NCBI GenBank assembly: GCA_963761305.1
Contig: CAVXGK010000001.1
Location: forward strand, 224,001-288,000
DNA: 64,000 nt
DNA from: an uncultured Gemmatimonadaceae bacterium
GTDB lineage: Bacteria > Gemmatimonadota > Gemmatimonadetes > Gemmatimonadales > Gemmatimonadaceae
Direction: 5' to 3'
The translations under genes and the position numbers were made by a program. This document shows, piece after piece, positions 9,993-19,490 of this stretch; the stretch's first letter is position 1, and every line of letters begins with the position of its first letter. The notes under the pieces are model-generated. The model searched no databases and was not told the origin of the DNA. It saw nothing but the letters and a program-made list of their open reading frames with translations.

Positions 9993-10621
9993 TTTCCGGG
10001 CGCCGTCGAGAACACGTTGCCGAAGCTCCGCAGGTAGATCGCCAGCGAATAGATGGTGAGCACGACGGCGATGACCATCGCGAGAGCGCCACAGGTGCCG
10101 TTGAACATGGCGAACGCGCGCCACGGCGCTCCGTCCCACCCCTTGGCCGCGGCAAGCGTCACCGCGAAGAACCAGCAGTAGGCGCACCCTTGCCAGAACA
10201 GCTGCAAGCCGGTCTTCCACTTGGCGGGTCCGATCGCCGCGATCACCACGCCGCGCCGCGCCGCCGCGTGGCGGAAAAACGTCATGAACCCCTCGCGGCC
10301 CAGCACGACGACGACGACCCACAGCGGGAGCGCCACAGTACCCACCGGCGTCACGAACGGGAGATGCGACCCCAGCAGGTACATCGGAACCAGCGTCGCG
10401 ACGAGCAGCAGCTTGTCGGCGAGCGGATCGAGCAGGCGGCCGAGGTCGGTCTCTTCCTTTCGCGAGCGCGCGAGGTAGCCGTCGATGTAGTCGGTCACCG
10501 CGGCCACGGTGAACAGCATGAACGCGGCGAGCCGAAGTCCCCACGAGTTCGCCAGCGGCAACGTCGCGATGAACGGCGTCGTGGCGATTCGGCCTACGGT
10601 GAGGGCGTTCGGCAGGTTCAT
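9989..10621 (-). CDS. pgsA: CDP-alcohol phosphatidyltransferase (PgsA-like)
   Basis: 'MNLPNALT', 'TDYIDGYLAR', 'GRLLDPLADK' signature. Confidence 0.9.
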   Translation of the reverse strand: MNLPNALTVGRIATTPFIATLPLANSWGLRLAAFMLFTVAAVTDYIDGYLARSRKEETDLGRLLDPLADKLLLVATLVPMYLLGSHLPFVTPVGTVALPLWVVVVVLGREGFMTFFRHAAARRGVVIAAIGPAKWKTGLQLFWQGCAYCWFFAVTLAAAKGWDGAPWRAFAMFNGTCGALAMVIAVVLTIYSLAIYLRSFGNVFSTAPGK

Positions 10622-10764
10622 TGGACGGGAGACGTGCTCTTGTAGTCTTGGTAGCGGCGGCGGACCACCACGCGCACAGAGTACCTACAATCTCCCGCCC
10701 TCGCCCGCCCGATCCAAGACCCGTCGCTTGGAGATCCGCCAACCCGTCGCGCTACGTCGATCTC

Positions 10765-10801
10765 CCGTCCACCTGTCCACCCGTCCACCCGTCCACCCGT
10801 C
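10765..10801. repeat. Octamer tandem repeat (CYGTCCAC)n, intergenic
   Basis: ccgtccac ctgtccac ccgtccac ccgtccac ccgtc. Confidence 0.85.
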
Positions 10802-10802
10802 T

Positions 10803-11480
10803 TCAGGCCAGCGACTTGAGCACCAGCTTGCTGACCATCTTGAGGGTGTCGAAGACGCCGTCGCCGTTCACGGCCACCGCCTCGATGTACGGCGCGCGCT
10901 CGATCCATTCGCCGGTGGTGAGCTGCTCGACCAGGCGTTCGCCCGGATGCGTGGAGTCTTGCACGACCCGCATACGGGACGGGTCGGTGACTTCCCAGCC
11001 CGGGTTCAACGACGACTGGAGCTCGCGAATGGGCGACGCGTTCGGGAGGTCGCGCTTGTTGTACTGAATCACGAACGGCATCGCGGTGAGGTCGTAACCA
11101 TATTCGGCCATGTTGTCGTAGAGATTCTGCATGGCCTCCTGGTTCGCCTCCATCCGCTCGATCTGCGAGTCGCCCACGAACACGATGCCGTCGACGCCTT
11201 TGAGAATCAGCTTGCGGCTCGCGTTGTAGTAGACCTGGCCGGGCACCGTGTAGAGATGGAACCGCGTCTTGAAGCCGCGGATCGTCCCGAGGTCCACCGG
11301 AAGAAAGTCGAAGAAGAGCGTGCGCTCGGTCTCGGTGGCGAGCGAAATGAGTTTGCCCCGCGTGTCCGGCTCGACCTGGCCGTACACGTGCTCGAGGTTC
11401 GTCGTCTTCCCGCCCAACCCGGGACCGTAGTAGACGATCTTGCAGTTGATCTCGCGGGAGGCGTAGTTGATCATCGACAT
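10803..11480 (-). CDS. mglA: MglA small Ras-like GTPase
   Basis: '[26 protein letters not shown]', 'TERTLFFDF', 'YTVPGQVYY', 'QYNKRD', closely matching myxobacterial MglA. Confidence 0.93.
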   Translation of the reverse strand: MSMINYASREINCKIVYYGPGLGGKTTNLEHVYGQVEPDTRGKLISLATETERTLFFDFLPVDLGTIRGFKTRFHLYTVPGQVYYNASRKLILKGVDGIVFVGDSQIERMEANQEAMQNLYDNMAEYGYDLTAMPFVIQYNKRDLPNASPIRELQSSLNPGWEVTDPSRMRVVQDSTHPGERLVEQLTTGEWIERAPYIEAVAVNGDGVFDTLKMVSKLVLKSLA

Positions 11481-11492
11481 GGCTGTCTTCCG

Positions 11493-11981
11493 CTATTGAA
11501 ACAGCTTGTCGATTTCGTCGTCGGCGCCGGCGAGGATGTTGGGCGCGCCCGCCGCATGCGCGCTGCGAGTGAATACGGTCTCGAACAACTGTGACAATTC
11601 TCCGACGGTGTGGCGAAGTTTGAGCCGCACCATGCCGAGCGTCGTGCGATTGTCGAACAGCACGACGAGGATGACGCGGCGCGCGATGTCGGCGAGATAC
11701 ATCGACTCCTTTTCGCCTTGATGGAAGAGCGAATTGAAGTCCTTCTCACCGATCAGCTTCGCGAGTTGATCGTTTGCGCTGAAATCGGCGGCGGTGAGAG
11801 TCGCGAAGGCGGTGGGGTCGAACGACGGGCGTTCGCCGACCGTCGCGACCAACTGGCCCGTCCGATCGACTAGCAGCGCGCACCGCGCGTTGCAATCGAT
11901 GAGAAACCGGTCGAGCGACTTCGTGATCGCGCCAAAATCATCTTCGGTGAACGACCAGCTGGCGCTCACGGAAGGAGCCAT
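11493..11981 (-). CDS. mglB: MglB roadblock/LC7 protein (GAP of MglA)
   Basis: 'ALLVDRTGQLVA', 'LFHQGEKESMY', 'LGMVRLK', C-terminal 'DDEIDKLF'; directly upstream of mglA; start approximate. Confidence 0.88.
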   Translation of the reverse strand: MAPSVSASWSFTEDDFGAITKSLDRFLIDCNARCALLVDRTGQLVATVGERPSFDPTAFATLTAADFSANDQLAKLIGEKDFNSLFHQGEKESMYLADIARRVILVVLFDNRTTLGMVRLKLRHTVGELSQLFETVFTRSAHAAGAPNILAGADDEIDKLFQ

Positions 11982-11994
11982 TGCGAATGCGATC

Positions 11995-12333
11995 CTATTC
12001 GAGGTGGGTGTACATGCGGCGCAGGAGACGTTCGCCCGTTCGTCGAAGGCCCGGGCGGCGTTCCCACGCCACGTAGTCGTGGAGCAGATGGACGGCTTCG
12101 GGCCCCGGCCGTCGGCCGAGGTATCCAAGTGCCGCCAGGCGCCGGACGGGCTTCGCGCTGAACAGGTCACGTCGGGAACGCCGGATCTGCGCGTTCCAGA
12201 CCACCGTTCCCAGTATTAGACCGACGAGGAAGCCCCCCGTCACGGCCCATCCTGTTCCACCCTTGTGCGGCCTTTCGTCATCGCCGTTCCCTGTCCACCC
12301 GTCCACCTGTCCACCCGTCCACCTGCGATTCAC
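11995..12333 (-). CDS. Small hypothetical membrane protein between recR and mglB
   Basis: One hydrophobic segment 'GFLVGLILGTVVW' then 'RRLAALGYL'; operon-like packing; start uncertain because the 5' end is octamer repeat. Confidence 0.6.
   Translation of the reverse strand: MNRRWTGGQVDGWTGNGDDERPHKGGTGWAVTGGFLVGLILGTVVWNAQIRRSRRDLFSAKPVRRLAALGYLGRRPGPEAVHLLHDYVAWERRPGLRRTGERLLRRMYTHLE
12291..12325. repeat. Octamer tandem repeat (CYGTCCAC)n
   Basis: ctgtccac ccgtccac ctgtccac ccgtccac ctg. Confidence 0.85.
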
Positions 12334-12923
12334 ATCGCCCTCCGCGCGCTGATCGCTTGCGCAATGGTGACTCCGTCGGCGTACTCCAGATCGCCGCCGA
12401 CGGGCAGTCCCCGCGCGATGCGCGACACCGCGACCCCCGTCGATCCCAGCTGTGTCTGGACGTAGAGCGCCGTGGCTTCGCCCTCGAGGCTTGGATTCGT
12501 CGCGAGAATGACCTCGCGGATGGCCGCACCGTCGGGACGAACGCGCTCGACCAGCGCCTCCACCGTCAGATCAGCAGGACCCACGCCGTCGAGCGGGGAC
12601 AAGCGGCCGCCCAGCACGTGGTAGAGTCCGCGGAACTCGCCCGCCCGCTCGATCGCGCCGATGTCCGATGCCTGCTCGACGACGCAGATCAGCGACGCGT
12701 CGCGGCGCGGGTCGCGGCAAATCGAACAGACGTCGTCTTCGGTGAGATTGAAGCAGCGCGTGCAGGCCCGCACGCGTTCGCCGAGCGTGACGAGCGCGGT
12801 CGCCAGGCGCTTGCTCTGTTCCGGCGGCTGCCGCAGCAAATAGTACGTGAGCCGCAGCGCCGTCTTGCGACCAATGCCGGGAAGCCGCGAGAGCTCGGTC
12901 GCGAGATCGTCGATCGCTGACAC
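12330..12923 (-). CDS. recR: Recombination mediator RecR
   Basis: HhH 'LPGIGRKTALRL', C4 zinc finger, Toprim 'ILATNPSLEGEATA'. Confidence 0.96.
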   Translation of the reverse strand: MSAIDDLATELSRLPGIGRKTALRLTYYLLRQPPEQSKRLATALVTLGERVRACTRCFNLTEDDVCSICRDPRRDASLICVVEQASDIGAIERAGEFRGLYHVLGGRLSPLDGVGPADLTVEALVERVRPDGAAIREVILATNPSLEGEATALYVQTQLGSTGVAVSRIARGLPVGGDLEYADGVTIAQAISARRAM

Positions 12924-12950
12924 GTCGCCGGTCCTACTCGAGCCCGATGC

Positions 12951-13268
12951 TCAGAAGGGAAGCTTGAACGGCAGTTGGAGGCCGCCGGTGACTTTCCCCA
13001 TCTGCTCCTGCGCCGCGGCCTGCGCCTTCTGCTGCGCGTCCGACACGGCCACGACGACGAGATCCTCGAGCATCTCGATGTCCGACGAATTCACCACGCT
13101 CGGATCGATCTTGATCTTCGTGATCTGCCCCGTACCGCTCACTTCCGCCGTGACCATGCCGCCACCAGCCGATCCGGAGACGCGCTGCTGCTGCAGCTCT
13201 TCCTGGATCTTCTGAAAGCGACCCTGCACTTCCTGCGCTTGCTGCAGGATTTTCATGAAGTCGGGCAT
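12951..13268 (-). CDS. ybaB: YbaB/EbfC nucleoid-associated protein
   Basis: 'GSAGGGMV', 'DIEMLEDLVVVAV'; conserved dnaX-ybaB-recR order. Confidence 0.93.
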   Translation of the reverse strand: MPDFMKILQQAQEVQGRFQKIQEELQQQRVSGSAGGGMVTAEVSGTGQITKIKIDPSVVNSSDIEMLEDLVVVAVSDAQQKAQAAAQEQMGKVTGGLQLPFKLPF

Positions 13269-13274
13269 AGAAAG

Positions 13275-13390
13275 CGGGTGGACAGGTGGACGGGTGAACG
13301 GGGTGGACAGGAGAACGGCGGAGAAAGCGAGGCGAGACGTCTGAAATCAGACCTCTGACTTCTAGCTGTCCACCCGTCCACCGGTCCAAC
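13275..13390. repeat. Inverted pair of octamer arrays (GGTGGACR... / ...YGTCCACC) around a short spacer
   Basis: 13275-13311 cgggtggacaggtggacgggtgaacggggtggacagg; 13366-13390 ctgtccacccgtccaccggtccaac. Confidence 0.8.
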
Positions 13391-13395
13391 TGAAG

Positions 13396-15282
13396 TTAAT
13401 CTGCCACGTCGAGGTCGAGCGCTTCGATCGCCGCGTCCAGCAGCGGATCGCGCCGACGAAGGGCCGCCACTCGCTCGGCGCGCACCATCTCGTCGGTGAG
13501 ACGCTTCGGTGGCGTCGCGACGGACTGGTCGTCGCGCCGAACCTCGACGCGCTCCACGCCGGCGAAGCGCTCGCGCAGCATCGCCACGATCTCCGGTCGG
13601 CTGCTGTTGATCGCGTGAATGTAGATGTCGTTCGGCTCGTCGGGCTCGATGGTGACGACACCGGCGGCGTTCACCGCCGCAGGCAATGCGTGCGAGAGCG
13701 CGGTGGCGAGCATCGGCTTCGTCGCGCGCACGCGCTCGACCATCTCATCCCACATCGCCGTGATCTTGTTCAGATCGAGCGGCTCGATCTTCGAGACGAC
13801 GGCGGCGACCTCGAACTGTTCACCGCGGAACTTCACGAGCGCGGCGTCGGCGAGTTCGGCGCGGACCGCTGGACCGTCGGCACGCGCGCCGGGTCGCGCC
13901 GGAGACGTCGGTGCGGGTCGCCCACTGATGGTCGCAGTCGCCACGGGCCCGGCCGCCGCGTCGGCGAGCGCGTCTCGGCGCGTAGACGGAGGCGCGCTGT
14001 TTCGAGCCTGCGTCGTCGCCGGCCCGCCCCCTGAACTCCCCCCCCCCCCGCTTCCGGAACCGATCGAGCGAATCAGCCCTTCGATCTCGACGGCGCGATC
14101 GAGCAGCGCGAACCGAACCAGCAGCGTTTCGACGAGCAGTTGTTGCTGCCCGCTTTTCTTGAATCGCGGCTCCAGCTCGGTGATCAGTTGCAGCATGCGC
14201 AGCAGATCGGACGCCGAGAATCGGTCGCGTCGCGCCTCGAGCGCTTCGCGGCCGCGCTCCGAGACGTCGGTCGCCGATCCGCCGAGCACCATCGTGAGCA
14301 GCGCGCGCAGCGTGTCGGCCAGCCCGTTGAGAAATCCGCCGAAGTCGATGCCCGAGTCGGCGAGCCGCGCGACGGACGAGAACACGTCGGCGGCGCGGCG
14401 ATCGGCGATGATGTCGACGAGCGCGACGAATTCGTCTTCGGCCACGAGTCCGAGCGCGTCTCGCACGCGGTCCGCCGTGACGCGGCCGTCGCCCATCGAC
14501 AACACCTGGTCGGTGAGACTCAACGCGTCGCGCATCGAGCCGTCGGCCGCACGCGCGATCGACGCGAGCGCCTCGGGCTCGGACGCGATCTTCTCTTCCG
14601 CCAACACGTGCGACAGCCGCTCGCGAATCTCGGCGGCGCCGATGCGCTTGAAGTCGAATCGCTGCAGCCGGCTCAGGACCGGCGCCGCGGACTGCGCGAT
14701 CTTCTGCGGCTCGGTCGTCGCGAAAACGAACACGACGCGCGGCGGCGGCTCCTCGAGAATCTTGAGGAGGGCGTTCCACGCTTCGCGCGTGAGCATGTGC
14801 GCTTCGTCGACGATGTAGACTTTGTAATGGTCCGCACCCGACGGCGCGTACATCGCGCGCTCGCGCAGCTCGCGCGCGTCGTCAACGCCGCGGTTCGACG
14901 CCGCGTCGATCTCGACGACGTCGAGGCTCGCCGAGCCGCTCCAGATGCGCTGGCAGGATTGGCACTCCCCACAAGGTTCGCCCGCTTCGCGGGCGAGCGT
15001 TTCATAGGCGTCGCTCACGCCTTCGGCGCTCGCTCCCGTTCCTCGCGCCTGGTCGAGCTCGGCAAACTGTCTGGCCTTCTCGAGTCGCCGCTCGCAGTTG
15101 AGCGCCATCGCGAGCACGCGGGCGAGCGTAGTCTTGCCCACGCCGCGCGGGCCGCAGAGGAGGTACCCGTGCGCCACGCGTCCGCGCGCGATCGCGCCCT
15201 TGAGCGTCGACGACACGTGCGACTGCACGGCGACATCGGCGAAACGCTTCGGGCGGTATTTCCTGGCGAGCGCGAGTGACAT
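13396..15282 (-). CDS. dnaX: DNA polymerase III subunit gamma/tau
   Basis: 'LARKYRPKRF', Walker A 'GPRGVGKTT', 'EIDAASNRGVDD', 'DEAHML', 'LLKILEEPP'; start at MSLALARKY. Confidence 0.96.
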   Translation of the reverse strand: MSLALARKYRPKRFADVAVQSHVSSTLKGAIARGRVAHGYLLCGPRGVGKTTLARVLAMALNCERRLEKARQFAELDQARGTGASAEGVSDAYETLAREAGEPCGECQSCQRIWSGSASLDVVEIDAASNRGVDDARELRERAMYAPSGADHYKVYIVDEAHMLTREAWNALLKILEEPPPRVVFVFATTEPQKIAQSAAPVLSRLQRFDFKRIGAAEIRERLSHVLAEEKIASEPEALASIARAADGSMRDALSLTDQVLSMGDGRVTADRVRDALGLVAEDEFVALVDIIADRRAADVFSSVARLADSGIDFGGFLNGLADTLRALLTMVLGGSATDVSERGREALEARRDRFSASDLLRMLQLITELEPRFKKSGQQQLLVETLLVRFALLDRAVEIEGLIRSIGSGSGGGGSSGGGPATTQARNSAPPSTRRDALADAAAGPVATATISGRPAPTSPARPGARADGPAVRAELADAALVKFRGEQFEVAAVVSKIEPLDLNKITAMWDEMVERVRATKPMLATALSHALPAAVNAAGVVTIEPDEPNDIYIHAINSSRPEIVAMLRERFAGVERVEVRRDDQSVATPPKRLTDEMVRAERVAALRRRDPLLDAAIEALDLDVAD

Positions 15283-15423
15283 ACGCGGGTGCGGGGCGCG
15301 GGGGGCGGGGGGCGGGGACCGGCGAGCTGGGAGCGGAACCCGCGAGCAGGGAGAGCGGGGTGGACAATGTACCGAAAAGCAAAGCGCGGGGACATCGCTC
15401 AGGTCGAGCGTTGTCTCCCGCGC

Positions 15424-15527
15424 GATACCCCAGGTCTGACGAAGCAACATCAGACACCTCTTACCGCTGCTACCTTCGGGGTCCTGACGGAGTTCGAAGG
15501 CTGACGCCCTCCGGGACCTGAGGCACC
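15424..15527 (-). ncRNA. ffs: Signal recognition particle RNA (small bacterial type, 4.5S)
   Basis: Minus strand CCGTCAGG-ACC-CCGAA-GGT-AGCAGCGG domain-IV core; termini GGTGCCTCAGGTC / GACCTGGGGTATC pair; classic position upstream of dnaX; TAGATT -10-like hexamer at 15531-15536. Confidence 0.92.
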
Positions 15528-15620
15528 TTTAATCTAACCGGGCGACGGCGCGGCGAGCGCGGCATGACGAGATCGAGCGGCCTTGCGCACGCTTATTCGG
15601 CTTGCCATGTTGCCGAACAG

Positions 15621-16097
15621 ATGCCGAAGAACGCGACCAAGCGCCCGTCCACAGCCAAGCGCCGCACGAAGCCGGCGCCGAGGTCGAAACCGGCGCGGAC
15701 GCCGCTCGACCGTCTTCGCACCATGTGTCTCGCGCTGCCGCACAGCACCGAGGTCGAAGCGTGGGGCGCGCCGACGTTTCGCGTCGGAAAGCTGTTCGCG
15801 ATGTACGCGTCGCCGTCGTCGCACCACAGCGGCGGCCGACCTGCGGTGTGGATCTACTCGGTGAGCCTGGAACAGGATCTCGTCATCCGCTCGCGACCGG
15901 ACAAATACTTCAAGCCTGCTTACGTCGGTGCCTACGGCTGGATCGGTGCGTGGCTCGATCAAAGTCCGCCCTGGGACGAGATCGACGAACTCCTCCGCGA
16001 CGCCTGGCGCCGTCGCGCACCGAAGCGCGTCATCCCCCTGCTCGACGTCGCCGAAGGTCCGTCCACGAGATCGGCGCGCCCGAAACAGCCGGGCTGA
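15621..16097 (+). CDS. MmcQ/YjbR family DNA-binding protein
   Basis: 'LRTMCLALP', 'WGAPTFRVGKLFA', 'PAYVGAYGWIG', 'AWRRRAPKR'. Confidence 0.85.
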   Translation: MPKNATKRPSTAKRRTKPAPRSKPARTPLDRLRTMCLALPHSTEVEAWGAPTFRVGKLFAMYASPSSHHSGGRPAVWIYSVSLEQDLVIRSRPDKYFKPAYVGAYGWIGAWLDQSPPWDEIDELLRDAWRRRAPKRVIPLLDVAEGPSTRSARPKQPG

Positions 16098-16137
16098 CAC
16101 CTCGCGCACACCGGTTGTCAGCTCTAGTGGTTGGCCC

Positions 16138-17312
16138 CTACACGTCCGCCGGGGACGCGAGTCTTGAACTCGAGTATCCTTTCGCCGCGCCACCGTGAGC
16201 CCGATATGGGAAAAGCCGCTTCAGCGCCAGGCTCGGCGCTTCGATTCCGCGCCAGGACGCTTCGGCCAGCACGCAACTCACGCCTACTCCGACTGCGGCG
16301 AAGGCGGTGACTGCCGCCAGAGACGACGGCCGCGCGCCGCCCGCCCGCTCTAATTCGTAGATCGGCAAATGAATCAGGTACAGCGCATAGGATCGGCGAC
16401 CGAGCCACGCGATCGTTGGGCGGGAGAGCCATGCGACGATTCGACTGCCGGGACTCGCGAGGACGAGCGTCATTGCCGCGCCAGCCACCAGCGCGATTGC
16501 CGAGAAGCACGCCGTTTCCATCGTCACCGTGAACGGCTCGAAATCGCGGCACGCCAATGCGACCACGCAACACAGGCCGACCAACCCGAAGGCCCAGGCA
16601 GTCGGCGGTGCGTCGGCTAGCGGGCGCACTCGACTCTTCACTCGCGGCCACGCGTCGCTCCGCACGACGAACGCAATCAATGCTCCAATCGCGAGCGCAT
16701 CCATGCGGGCAGGAGTCAGCACGAAGGTTGCGAGCTCACGGTGCTGAACGACGAGCAGCGCGCGATAGAGCGGCGCGACGACGACAGCGGCGACGGCGGC
16801 CGCGAGACTCGCGCGTTTCGGCGCCAGCAGAACGATCGCCGGCCAGACCAGACAGAACTGCTCCTCGACAGCCAGACTCCAGAAATGGCGGGCGGGCCGC
16901 GAAATGGTCGCCAGGGAGCCGTCGGCGGCCATGCGGATGTTGGTGGCGAACGTCGCGATCCATGCAAAGTGCATGGGCATCTCGCCCGTGAACCGCAGGG
17001 ATACGACCGCCATTACGAACAACAGGACGGCGACCGGTGGCAGGATACGAAGCGCGCGCCGAGCGTAGAAGGGTCCGAGCTGCGACGGCGATCGGTTGTC
17101 GAGACAAATCCCCGTAATGAGAAAACCGGAGAGCACGAAGAAGAGATCGACGCCCATCCAGCCGGTGAGCGTCACGGTGCCGACGGCGTTGCCGAGGATC
17201 CCCGGGAGCGGCGGGAAAAAGAAAGCCGCAACATGACGAGCGCGATCGCGATTCCGCGCAGCCCGTCCAGCCCGGCGTAGCGCGACCGCTCCGGCTCCGC
17301 ACGCGCGATCAT
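16138..17312 (-). pseudogene. Acyltransferase-3 (OafA-like) membrane O-acyltransferase with an apparent 1-nt frameshift near 17226
   Basis: ATG at 17312 gives 'RYAGLDGLRGIAIALVML', but the continuing 'GWMGVDLFFVLSGFLIT...HFWSLAVEEQF...SYALYLIH' is in a different frame. Confidence 0.75.
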
Positions 17313-17443
17313 CCCGTCACCATGTCGTCAATTATCGTCCCGCTTCAGGTGCCGCTCAAATGTCGCGGCCTCTGCCAGTCGTTCTCGATCGCTGCGAATC
17401 GATAATGGCGTCGGTCAGGGACCGGATCGGCCTCACCCGCGCT

Positions 17444-18403
17444 CTAATTCCAATTCAGCCCGCGCAGCTGGTCGAGGTTGACGTTGCCCCCCGACAGCAC
17501 CGCGACCACGCGCGATCCCTTCGGCATCTTCACCAGTCCATGCAGTAGCGCTCCGACCGGTGCGGCCGCCGCGCCCTCGACGACCAGCTTGCAGCGTTCC
17601 ATCACCCAGAGCATGGCCTCGAAGATCTCGCGATCCGGCAGCGTGACGATGTCGTCGACGAATCGCTGAACGACGGAGAGATTCAGTTCGCCGACTCGGC
17701 GCACGCGCAGGCCGTCGATGATCGTTTTGCAATCGATCGTCTCGAGCTTCCCGGCCTCGACGCTCTTCTGCATCGCCGGACCGTCGCTCGACTCGACGCC
17801 GATCACGCGGATCTTGGGGTTGTGTCCCTTCACCGCCATCGACACGCCGGAGATCAATCCTCCGCCGCCGATCGGCACGATCACCCCATCGACGTTCGGC
17901 CAGTCCTGCACGATCTCGAGGCCAAGCGTTCCCTGCCCCGCGATGAGCTGCGCGTCGTCGAACGGGTGGACGTACGTGAGGCCTTCCGTGCGCACCAGCT
18001 CCTTCGCCTTCTCGTTGGCTTCGTCCCAGATGTTGCCGTGCAGCACGACTTCGGCGCCGTACGCCTTGGTCGCCGCGATCTTGGCGGGCGTGGCGTTGGT
18101 CGCCATGCAGACGACCGCTCGAATCCCATGAATGCGCGCGGCGAGCGCCACGCCCTGCGCGTGATTCCCCGCCGACGAGCACACAACGCCTCGGCGTTTG
18201 TCCTCGTCCGCCATCAACGCGAACTTGTTGAGCGGCCCGCGAATTTTGTACGAGCCCACGCGCTGGAACAGCTCGGCCTTGAGCCGGACGTCGTAGCCGG
18301 TCGCGTCGCTCAACTGCTGCGACGTGAGCAGCGGTGTGTGCTTGATGTGCGGCGCAATCCGCGCGCGCGTCTGGACGAAATCGTCGAGCGTCAGCGTCAG
18401 CAT
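17444..18403 (-). CDS. Threonine/serine dehydratase (PLP-dependent, no ACT domain)
   Basis: 'LFQRVGSYKIRG', 'SAGNHAQG', 'PIGGGGLISG', 'LSGGNV'. Confidence 0.92.
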   Translation of the reverse strand: MLTLTLDDFVQTRARIAPHIKHTPLLTSQQLSDATGYDVRLKAELFQRVGSYKIRGPLNKFALMADEDKRRGVVCSSAGNHAQGVALAARIHGIRAVVCMATNATPAKIAATKAYGAEVVLHGNIWDEANEKAKELVRTEGLTYVHPFDDAQLIAGQGTLGLEIVQDWPNVDGVIVPIGGGGLISGVSMAVKGHNPKIRVIGVESSDGPAMQKSVEAGKLETIDCKTIIDGLRVRRVGELNLSVVQRFVDDIVTLPDREIFEAMLWVMERCKLVVEGAAAAPVGALLHGLVKMPKGSRVVAVLSGGNVNLDQLRGLNWN

Positions 18404-19431
18404 TAGTGTCCGTGAGTAAGGGCGCCCCGCAGCACTCCGGCGGCGCGGCTGCAGTCGTCCGCGCTTACGTCAATGTGCGTCACGAGTCGGATCCGAGTCG
18501 AGCTCCACTCCGAAACGAGCACGCCGTGCTCGCGCGCCGCGGCGACGATGTTCGCCACCGCCTGTCCCGCGATCAGATCCACCATCACGATGTTCGTGTC
18601 CGGCTCGACGATCTCGACGCCGGGAATTCCGTTCATCGCCGCGGCCATGGCGCGCGCGTTCTCGTGATCGTCGGCCAGCCGCTCGAGCTGATGGTCGAGC
18701 GCGTAGATCGCCGCCGCGGCGAGCACGCCCGACTGGCGCATCGCGCCGCCGAACAGCTTCCGCGCCGTCCACGCGCGCTCCATCGCCTCGCGCGTTCCGG
18801 CGAGCATGGCGCCGATCGGCGCGCCGAGTCCCTTCGACAGGTCGACCATCACGGTGTCGGCCGGCGCCGACAGCTCGGCCAGCGACACGCCGCTGGCGAT
18901 GCTCGCGTTCCACAGCCGCGCGCCGTCGAGGTGGACCGGCACGCCGTTCTCCCGCGCCACCGAGCAGATCTCGCAGAAGTCGGCGAGCGGCACGACCAGG
19001 CCGCCGGCGCCGTTGTGCGTGTTCTCGACGCAGACGAGCCCCGGCGCCGGGTAGTAGCGCGAGCGCGGACGAAACGCGCGGCGCAGATCCTCGGCCGACA
19101 TCACGCGGCCGCTGGGCACGACGGGAAGAATCTGCGCGCCGCCGAGCGCCGCGACGCCGGCGATCTCGCTGTGCACGATGTGCGCGTCGACGTCGGCGAG
19201 CACTTCGGTCGCGCGCGGCACGAGGAGCCACACCGCGGCCTGATTCGCCATCACGCCGCTCGGGAAGAAGAGCGAGTCTTCCTTGCCCAACATCTTCGCG
19301 ACGCGTTCTTCGAGCCGGCGCGTCGTCGGATCGCCGTCACGCTCGTCGTCGCCGACGTCGGCCGACGCCATGGCGGCGCGCATGCCCGGCGTGGGCTTGG
19401 TGACGGTGTCGCTTCGCAGATCGATCGCCAT
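18403..19431 (-). CDS. ltaE: Low-specificity L-threonine aldolase
   Basis: 'DLRSDTVTKP', 'ENTHNGAGG', 'HLDGARLWN', 'LSKGLGAPIG'. Confidence 0.92.
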   Translation of the reverse strand: MAIDLRSDTVTKPTPGMRAAMASADVGDDERDGDPTTRRLEERVAKMLGKEDSLFFPSGVMANQAAVWLLVPRATEVLADVDAHIVHSEIAGVAALGGAQILPVVPSGRVMSAEDLRRAFRPRSRYYPAPGLVCVENTHNGAGGLVVPLADFCEICSVARENGVPVHLDGARLWNASIASGVSLAELSAPADTVMVDLSKGLGAPIGAMLAGTREAMERAWTARKLFGGAMRQSGVLAAAAIYALDHQLERLADDHENARAMAAAMNGIPGVEIVEPDTNIVMVDLIAGQAVANIVAAAREHGVLVSEWSSTRIRLVTHIDVSADDCSRAAGVLRGALTHGH

Positions 19432-19490
19432 GGCCGGGAATATGGCGTCCGGACACGCCAAACGGCATCAACGCCCGTAAGAGGCGCCCT

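Noticed and set aside
8664..10742. Apparent long N-terminal extensions or fusions in the ORF track (cinA 692 aa, pyk 769 aa, tal 578 aa, msrA 710 aa, kynA 469 aa)
   Set aside because: The extensions overlap neighbouring real genes in other frames; family motifs begin at the internal starts given.
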